Of a stretch of DNA of 64,000 nt, positions 57,542-64,000 are shown piece after piece. The stretch is from Planctomycetota bacterium (GTDB taxonomy: Bacteria > Planctomycetota > Planctomycetia > Pirellulales > Lacipirellulaceae): positions 64,001 through 128,000 of the forward strand of contig JBCCXZ010000001.1 of the NCBI GenBank assembly GCA_039190745.1. The letters run 5' to 3'. Below the pieces are notes generated by a model. It was not told the origin of the DNA. It made no database searches and saw only the letters and a list, made by a program, of their open reading frames with translations. Positions within the stretch are counted from its first letter, which is position 1. Each line of letters starts with the position of its first letter. The translations under genes were made by a program, and so were the position numbers.

Positions 57542-58546
57542 CTAGGCTTGGGTCTGGAGCCATTGGCCCAGTCGTTCCATGCCTTCTCCGGTAGATACAG
57601 TGGGCCGGTACCCGAGGTCGCGTTCTGCGGCGGCGGTGCTGAACCAGTGGCTGTGGGCGAGCTGGGCGGCGAGGAAGCGGGTCATCGGCGGTTCGCTTTT
57701 CAGACCCAGCGTGCGGTAGGCGAGTTCGCAGGCGTGGCCCAGGCGGCTGGCGGTGCTGAGGGAGATCGACTTCTTGACGGGCGGGACATCGGCGAGAGCG
57801 AGGATCTCGTCGATCCACTGCCAGCAGTTCACCGGCTCGGCCTGGGAGATGAAGTACGCCTTGCCGGCTGCGGCAGGGTTTGGGGCGGCGAGTGCGTTGA
57901 TCGCAAACAAGTGCGCAGCGGCGGCGTTCTCGACGTAGACCATCGCCACGCGGTTCGTGCCGTCGCCCACGCGGCGGAGCCGGCCGGACTTCGCGCGAGC
58001 GATGAGTCGGGGGATGAGGTGGTTGTCGCGCGGGCCCCAGATCAGGTGCGGGCGGAGCGCGCAGGTCTTCAGGCCGTCACCATTGGCCACGAGCACCTCG
58101 GCTTCGGCCATCGCCTTCGAGCGGGAGTAGTGGCCGGCGTTTTTGGCGAGCCACTCAGTGCCGTAGGGGACCGACTCGTCGACGCCTTCGTGATCACGGC
58201 CGTCGAACACCACGCTTGGGCTGGAGGTGTAGACCAGCCGGCCGACGCCGTGCTCGCGGCAGGCGGCGAGCACGTTGCGCGTGCCGAGGAGGTTCGTGTC
58301 GTGGTAGGGCTGCCACCGCATGGCGATGCCGGGCAACGCGGCGGTGTGGACGACGCACTCGCAGTCGGCGACCGCTCGGGAGACGGTATCGGCGTCGGTG
58401 ACGTCGCCGCGGACGACCTCGGCGCCGAGCGCTTCCAGCTCCGGGTAGGCGCCACGCGCGAACACGCGCACCGCGTCGCCGCGGGCCAGGAGCTGCTCGA
58501 CGATGTAGCGGCCGAGGAACCCGCCGCCGCCGGTCACGAGAAACAT
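57542..58546 (-). CDS. oleD: NAD(P)-dependent 3-beta-HSD-like reductase, probable OleD
   Basis: TGGGGFLG, YTSSPSVVF, YSRSK, LRPHLIWGPRD, PPMTRFLA; directly downstream of oleC. Confidence 0.8.
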   Translation of the reverse strand: MFLVTGGGGFLGRYIVEQLLARGDAVRVFARGAYPELEALGAEVVRGDVTDADTVSRAVADCECVVHTAALPGIAMRWQPYHDTNLLGTRNVLAACREHGVGRLVYTSSPSVVFDGRDHEGVDESVPYGTEWLAKNAGHYSRSKAMAEAEVLVANGDGLKTCALRPHLIWGPRDNHLIPRLIARAKSGRLRRVGDGTNRVAMVYVENAAAAHLFAINALAAPNPAAAGKAYFISQAEPVNCWQWIDEILALADVPPVKKSISLSTASRLGHACELAYRTLGLKSEPPMTRFLAAQLAHSHWFSTAAAERDLGYRPTVSTGEGMERLGQWLQTQA

Positions 58547-58548
58547 AC

Positions 58549-58585
58549 GATTGCGGATATCGGATTGCGGAATGCGGATTGGAAG
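58549..58585. repeat. Heptamer tandem repeat
   Basis: GATT GCGGATA TCGGATT GCGGAAT GCGGATT GGAAG. Confidence 0.65.
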
Positions 58586-58604
58586 CGGGTGGGGCGTCTC
58601 TTGG

Positions 58605-60344
58605 TCATTTAGCCCCGGGCGACTCGCCCGGGGCTATGTGATTGGAGTACAGCCTGCGGGTCGGATGAGTCTTGGGCCAGTCGTTGGCCAATTCTTTCGC
58701 GGCCCATTCGGCCAGTTGTTCTCGGTTGATCTTCGAGTTGTGGCGTACGTCGACGGGCAGTGATTTACGGATCAAGAACACGTTGATCGACCGTGTGTGC
58801 TCGTGCTGCTCTGCCAACGAGGCGAGTTCTTCCACCAGTGTCGTGCGGATGCTGGATTCTGGTTCCACTACTAACACGGGCGTCTTGCCTTCGGACGGGC
58901 CTGTACCCACCAGCGCGGATCGCTTCACTCTCGGGTGGGTGTTGAAGACCGCTTCGACGGGGATGGTGAAGAGCGTACCCTCCTTTGTCTCGACACGCTG
59001 TGATTTACGGCCGCAGTACCAGAAGTACTCTTGGTCGTCGAAGTAGCCGACGTCGCCCATGCGGTGCCAGACGGCGTTGCCGTCGGCGATCTTCGCCAGG
59101 TCGTTGGCCCGCTCTGCCAAGAGATAGTTCGGGCTTACTTGGGGGGCTCGTACGATCAACTCGCCGATCTCACCCGTTGGCAGCTCCTCCACTTCGCTGA
59201 TGTCCGCGATCGGATCGTCGGTGATGCGAATGACCTTCCACTCTGCCGAGTCGTACTTGCGGCCGACGCAAACGCCGGCGCCCCTGGTGGTCTTCTCGGC
59301 CGTTCCGTTCAGTACTTTCTTGGCTTCGATCGTGGCGACCGGCAGCGCCTCGGTGGCGCCGTAGGGGGTGTGCATTTCCGCCTCGGGGTGGACGCACTGG
59401 AGCGTGCGGTGGAGCACCTCGGCGGGGACTGGCGCGCCGCAGGAGAAGACGCGGCGGAGTGTGGGGATGCTGTCGCCCGTCCGCTCGCAGTGGCGGCTCA
59501 GCTTGTCCCACACCGCGGGGGAGGCGAAGGCGTTGGTCACCCGCCAATCGTTGGCCGCGGCGAGCAGGTTCTTGCACTCGGCCGACGCGGGGCGCGAGAA
59601 GTCCATCTTGGGGAAGACGGTCGTCACTCCCATCGCCGAGTTGAACAGCCCGAACAACGCGAAACAGGAGAGGTCCACCCCGCCGGCGGCGAGGCCGTAC
59701 TGGTGCTGGATGTCGGCCGCTTGCTGGTCGAACATCCGGTGCGTGTAGAGCACGCCCTTGGGCGGGCCGGTGCTGCCGGAGGTGAAGATGATCGCGGCGG
59801 GGGCGTCGGCGGCCGTGGCCGGCAGCGGCGTGGAGGAGTTCATCCCATCGCGGAGCAGTTGGCCATAGGTCGACCCGCCCCAGAACCAGCGGCGGCCGAC
59901 GGTGACGTTCAGCTTGGCTTGGGGGAACCGCTGCCGCAGCACCGTGCGGACCGCCTGGGCGGGGCTGATCGCAACGAAGCCGGCCGGCTCGACCGACGCC
60001 AGGCACCGCAGCAGGTGCTGGCGGCCCATGCCGGGGTCGATCATCACGGTGGTCGCCCCCGAGCGGAGCAGGGCGAACACGAGCTTCACAAACTCCACGC
60101 CCGGCTTCACGAGCAGCGCGAGCCGCGTCTGCGGCGTGACGCCGAGGTCGACCAAACCGCGTGCGAGGGCGGTTGCGTCGCGGTCGAGCTCGGCAAAGGT
60201 ACAGGTGCGGTAAGAGTTGTTGCCCGCGGGTGTGTCCCCGCCGGGGTGCGCAACGGCGATCGCATCGGGCGACGCCGCGGCGACCGCGGCGAGGCGGTCG
60301 GCGACGTTGACGGCAGGGGCTTCGAGGGTCGCGGGGCTGGCCAT
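58605..60344 (-). CDS. oleC: AMP-dependent ligase, probable OleC (beta-lactone synthetase)
   Basis: IDPGMG, IFTSGSTGPPKG, TPYGATEALP, WHRMGD, CGRKS, PVDVRHNSKI. Confidence 0.85.
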   Translation of the reverse strand: MASPATLEAPAVNVADRLAAVAAASPDAIAVAHPGGDTPAGNNSYRTCTFAELDRDATALARGLVDLGVTPQTRLALLVKPGVEFVKLVFALLRSGATTVMIDPGMGRQHLLRCLASVEPAGFVAISPAQAVRTVLRQRFPQAKLNVTVGRRWFWGGSTYGQLLRDGMNSSTPLPATAADAPAAIIFTSGSTGPPKGVLYTHRMFDQQAADIQHQYGLAAGGVDLSCFALFGLFNSAMGVTTVFPKMDFSRPASAECKNLLAAANDWRVTNAFASPAVWDKLSRHCERTGDSIPTLRRVFSCGAPVPAEVLHRTLQCVHPEAEMHTPYGATEALPVATIEAKKVLNGTAEKTTRGAGVCVGRKYDSAEWKVIRITDDPIADISEVEELPTGEIGELIVRAPQVSPNYLLAERANDLAKIADGNAVWHRMGDVGYFDDQEYFWYCGRKSQRVETKEGTLFTIPVEAVFNTHPRVKRSALVGTGPSEGKTPVLVVEPESSIRTTLVEELASLAEQHEHTRSINVFLIRKSLPVDVRHNSKINREQLAEWAAKELANDWPKTHPTRRLYSNHIAPGESPGAK

Positions 60345-60389
60345 CGGGCCATTGTGGCGGATCGGGGCCCCGCCCGCGAGCGGCCTGGT

Positions 60390-60869
60390 CTACATCACCG
60401 AGTCTTTGATTAGCAGCAGCTGCTCACTAGCCATCTGCCCGAACTCTTTGAACGAGATCAGATTCTGCCCGACGCCCTCGTTGACGATGCCCATTTGGCA
60501 GAGGCCGTAGCGGGCCACGGCGAACTGGGCGATTGCCCAGCGGGCGATCGTGAACTGCGCCAGGCTGAACATGCCGATGCCGAACTGGGAGATGTTCACC
60601 AACCCCACCCCGAACTGGCCGATGGCGACTACGCCTTTAGCGACCACCGGCCTGGAACATATCTGGCCCGGTTGCTTGCGGTACTTGAAGGCAATGTGCA
60701 GCAGCGGGATGCCGAAGATTGCGGCCTTCGATTTGTACTCGAAGCCGTAGGAAAGCCGCTTCTTGGCCGGGAGAGCGACCCCACACTGGGGGCAGATGGC
60801 CGCGTTGACGCTCACGCGGTGGTCGCAGTCGCGGCATTGGACCATCTTCGTGGCGGCGGTTGCGGTCAT
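60390..60869 (-). CDS. Zinc-ribbon protein with Gly-rich hydrophobic repeats
   Basis: CRDC/CPQC; EYKSK..FGIPLLHI; repeated xQF units (GQF, SQF, AQF). Confidence 0.7.
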   Translation of the reverse strand: MTATAATKMVQCRDCDHRVSVNAAICPQCGVALPAKKRLSYGFEYKSKAAIFGIPLLHIAFKYRKQPGQICSRPVVAKGVVAIGQFGVGLVNISQFGIGMFSLAQFTIARWAIAQFAVARYGLCQMGIVNEGVGQNLISFKEFGQMASEQLLLIKDSVM

Positions 60870-60964
60870 CTGCTCTGCTTCGTTCTAAGCGTTTAACCAG
60901 ACGCGATGCCCCCGCCAGCCCGGCGGCGGAGCCTCCCCCGCCGAGCAGCTTACCCGCGGCCGCC

Positions 60965-62602
60965 TCAAGTCTCCTGGGGCGGCGTCTGCTGCAAGGGGGC
61001 GCCGTTCTCGGGGACATTCGCGGCCGCTTCGGCGATCTTGGAACTTTTATCGCCTTCTCCGGCAAGTTTTGCCAGCGCTTCCGGGATCTCGACCCCGCCG
61101 ATGTCCCGCATCACCTGCATCATGGGGGGCAGCGTGCCGGCCATGCCGTGCAGGAAGTCGGCCGTGTTGGTGCGTCCGTCCTTGCCGCCGCCGTTCTCCC
61201 AGACGACGACCTTGTCGAACTTGATGTTCGAGATCGCCTGGGCCGACGACTCGGCGAGGTTGTCGAGGTGCTCGAGCATCATGAGCTGGAAGGCCTCGGT
61301 GGCCCCGCCGCAGGCCTCGACGATCTGCTTTAGGCCGTCGCCCTTCTTGGCGAGGATCTCGTACTGACCGCGGGCCTCGGCTTCGAGCTTGGCGTAGATC
61401 GCCGCGGCCTGGCCTTCGGCCTCCAGCCGGCGCTTCTCGGCCTCGGCCTCGGCCTCGACGACGATCTTGGCCTTCTCCGCCTTGGCGGGGGCCTCGAGTT
61501 TGGCACGCTGCTCCGCCTCGACGCGTTGGGCCTCGGCCAGTGCGGCCTTGGCCATCGCGTGGGCCTCCGTCTCCAGCACGGCCGCCTCGGCCTCACGCTT
61601 GCGGGACTCGCCCCGTTCGTAGGCTTCGGACTTCTCGGTGAGCAGCGTCGCCTGCGACTGGGCGACCTTCGCCTCGGCGACGTTCTCGCCGTCGACCGCC
61701 GCGGCGTTCGCCTCGGCGACCGAGATACGCTTCTCACGCTCGGCGTCTTTCACCTGCATCTCGCGTTGGAACTCGGCCGCACGCTCCCCGACGATCTGCT
61801 CTTTGTCGAGCTCCGCCACGCGGACGGCCTGCTCGCGGGCGGCCTCGCGGGTGCCGATCTCGCGGAGCTTCGTGGCGTTGGCGACGGAGACTTCCTTCTC
61901 GCGATTGGCGTCGGCGACGCGGATCTCGCCCTGCTTCTCTTCGTCGGCGACGTCGCCGCGGGCCTGCTGGATCGCCTGCGAGGCGGCCTTCTGGCCGATC
62001 GCGTCGATGTAGCCCGACTCGTCGGTGATGTCGGTGATGTTCACGTTGATCAGCACCAGGCCGATCTTTTTCAGCTCCGGCTCGACCGAGCCCTGGATGT
62101 GCTGCAGGAAGTTGTCGCGGTCACGGTTGATGTCCTCGATCCGCATCGAGGCGATCACCTGGCGGAGCTGGCCGAAGATGATCTCCTCGGCCTGCTGGCG
62201 GATCTCGTCGGTGGTGAGGTCCAGCAGGCGGATGGCGGCGTTGGTCATCACCTCCGGCTGCGTGCCGACGGCGACGGTGAACACGCTGGGGACGTTCACA
62301 CGGATGTTCTCGATGGAGAGCGCGCCGCGGAGGGAGATCTCGATCTGGATCGGTTCGAGGCTGAGGTAGCGGTAGTCTTGGAACAGGGGCCAGACGAACG
62401 AGGCGCCGCCGTGCACGGTCTTGGCGGCCGAGCCCTTGGCGGTCTTACCGAAGATCACCAGCACCTGGTTGGACGAGCAGCGTTTATAGTTGCTCTTCAG
62501 CAAGATTATCGTGGAGAAGAACGAGATCACGATCAGGCCGGCGAGCACGGCGAGCCAAAACATAGTGGCGCCGGTCACTTCGGCGAGCAGGAGCATCGGC
62601 AT
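60965..62602 (-). CDS. Flotillin/SPFH (band 7) family protein
   Basis: N-terminal TM, GGASFVWP, GQLRQVIASM, NVNITDI, AEA-rich coiled coil. Confidence 0.92.
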   Translation of the reverse strand: MPMLLLAEVTGATMFWLAVLAGLIVISFFSTIILLKSNYKRCSSNQVLVIFGKTAKGSAAKTVHGGASFVWPLFQDYRYLSLEPIQIEISLRGALSIENIRVNVPSVFTVAVGTQPEVMTNAAIRLLDLTTDEIRQQAEEIIFGQLRQVIASMRIEDINRDRDNFLQHIQGSVEPELKKIGLVLINVNITDITDESGYIDAIGQKAASQAIQQARGDVADEEKQGEIRVADANREKEVSVANATKLREIGTREAAREQAVRVAELDKEQIVGERAAEFQREMQVKDAEREKRISVAEANAAAVDGENVAEAKVAQSQATLLTEKSEAYERGESRKREAEAAVLETEAHAMAKAALAEAQRVEAEQRAKLEAPAKAEKAKIVVEAEAEAEKRRLEAEGQAAAIYAKLEAEARGQYEILAKKGDGLKQIVEACGGATEAFQLMMLEHLDNLAESSAQAISNIKFDKVVVWENGGGKDGRTNTADFLHGMAGTLPPMMQVMRDIGGVEIPEALAKLAGEGDKSSKIAEAAANVPENGAPLQQTPPQET

Positions 62603-62763
62603 CGGTTTATCCCCCGTTGTTGGTGACGTTCGTTTCGTGTGGGTGTATCGGTGGCGTCGCCCGTCGGAGCGGGCGCGCGGAGTCGCTCCGCAAACATAGC
62701 TCGCGTCCGTGCTACCGCGGGGACCGCCCGAGGCGGCGCGGCCGCTACAACCGCTCCCAGCGG

Positions 62764-63426
62764 TCAGACTTCAGCGACTGATCGGGCCCGGCGGACGCGG
62801 AGCGTGTCCGTGCCGACGATCTCGACCACTTCGACGGTCTCGCCTGTCTTGAGCGGCTCGGCGTCGTCGGTTACCGCAGCGTACTCGACGATGCGGTTCT
62901 GCATTGTGAGCTGGACCTTCCCCACGCCGCCGTCGCCGGCGGGGACGGGGATGTAGACGGTAGCTTCTTTGCCGCGGGCCAAGCCGATCCGCTGGTTGCC
63001 CGAGGAGGTGAGCTTCGAGATCGACAGCATCAGCCAGTACATGCCGTACATGGCGGCGAGGCCGACGGCCGAAGCGATCACCAGCGAGACGCCCTGGGCG
63101 TAGCCGGCGGAGGTGCAGGCCTTGCCGGCGATACCGAAGAAGGCGAGCGCCGCGATAATCGTGCGGAACGAGACCACGCCGAACAGCCAGGAGCTTTGGG
63201 CGGCTTGGTACTCGGCGTCGGCGGCGGTGCGGAGCGAGGTGTCGTGGTCGCCGGCGATGTCGACGTCGCCAAAGTCAGCGTCCCCGCCGATGTCTGCGCC
63301 GCCGTCGAAATCATCGACGCCCAGGTCGGAGCCGTCCTCACCCATGCCGAGCAGGGTCATCAGGAATTGGCACACCATGACGGTCCCGCCGATGACCGCC
63401 GCGACTAAGAAGATCAAATCCAGCAT
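62764..63426 (-). CDS. NfeD-like membrane protein (flotillin partner)
   Basis: TM helices, Asp-rich loop, C-terminal OB-fold-like region (GKEATVYIPVP..GKVQL). Confidence 0.8.
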   Translation of the reverse strand: MLDLIFLVAAVIGGTVMVCQFLMTLLGMGEDGSDLGVDDFDGGADIGGDADFGDVDIAGDHDTSLRTAADAEYQAAQSSWLFGVVSFRTIIAALAFFGIAGKACTSAGYAQGVSLVIASAVGLAAMYGMYWLMLSISKLTSSGNQRIGLARGKEATVYIPVPAGDGGVGKVQLTMQNRIVEYAAVTDDAEPLKTGETVEVVEIVGTDTLRVRRARSVAEV

Positions 63427-63627
63427 CGATCGCGTCCCCCGTTGACCGCTTGGATAAATCGAACGCCTCCCGCTCCGTGTGACGTTGATTGTAGCGTGCT
63501 CGCCGCGTTCCTTGCGCAGAAACCCGGCGGCGGGAGCGGTGTTCTGTGTGAGTTTGGTTCGCTGGTACTTCGCCGGAGCGGGCGGGATCTTGCCCGGAAT
63601 CCCAACCGGGAATTGCCCTGTTTACAG

Positions 63628-64000
63628 CTATTCCGATTGTGCCAGAGAGGCGACGTGTCTCAGTAGTAGCGCCGCCACGTCGACGCCGGTCGCCCGGGCA
63701 AGCCGCTGCCAGCCGGGGCAGGCGTTGACTTCGATCGCGAAGAGGGCTCCGTCGGCCGCGGGCAGCAGGTCGACGCCGGCGACCGTGGCGCCCACCGCCG
63801 CGGCGGCCTGCTGGGCGAGCATGGCCAGCTCGGCCGTCACTTCGAGCGGCGTGCAGACGGCGCCGCGGCTGGCGTTCGTGCGCCAGTCTCCCGGGTTGGC
63901 GCGCTGCATCCCGAGCACACGGTCGCCAATCACCAAGAGCCGCAGGTCGCGCCCGCCGTGGTCGATGAACTCCTGCAGGTAGAGCACCGAGCCGACCTGC
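63628..64000 (-). CDS. RimK-family ATP-grasp ligase (5' end outside the window)
   Basis: YLQEFI, DLRLLVIG, WRTNASRG, AGVDLL, IEVNACPGW. Confidence 0.85.
   Translation of the reverse strand, partial: QVGSVLYLQEFIDHGGRDLRLLVIGDRVLGMQRANPGDWRTNASRGAVCTPLEVTAELAMLAQQAAAAVGATVAGVDLLPAADGALFAIEVNACPGWQRLARATGVDVAALLLRHVASLAQSE

Noticed and set aside
1..64000. CRISPR array, rRNA, integrase or transposase
   Set aside because: No regularly spaced repeat-spacer series, no rRNA-like segment and no recombinase motifs seen

Overview
High-GC bacterial chromosome segment, by gene content most consistent with a planctomycete (Pirellulales-like: PEP-CTERM protein, ECF sigma factor linked to a Ser/Thr kinase, CitG-like and RimK-like C1-cofactor genes, ole genes). 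This taxonomy is inferred, not proven. In order, the window holds: the tail of a surface-polysaccharide region (GT4 enzymes, sulfotransferase, MBOAT plus partner, gmd-fcl); a PEP-CTERM gene; a six-gene signalling operon (PspA-like coiled coil, FHA-like protein, membrane Ser/Thr kinase, membrane protein, ECF sigma, zinc-finger anti-sigma-like protein); a ParDE-type TA pair; a Nif3/GT2/BshC-like/GNAT cluster; a sugar ABC cluster; tRNA-Val(GAC) and tRNA-Ala(CGC); housekeeping genes (der, UDG, hemW, nrdR, rpoN, ybaB, dnaX, SRP RNA, mutS, aspS); oleB-like/CitG-like/PTPS genes; cheX and fliG; a small defence islet (TA pair plus AbiJ-like gene); oleC-oleD; NfeD-like/flotillin genes; and a RimK-like gene cut off by the window edge. 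Intergenic DNA carries several families of REP-like palindromes. No CRISPR array, rRNA, integrase or transposase is evident. Best candidates for undescribed biology: the PspA-like/FHA/kinase/ECF operon, the BshC-like ligase cluster, an in-frame TGA splitting an apparent permease-binding protein fusion, and the nested REP-like elements. All product calls come from motif recognition by eye; no database searches were run.
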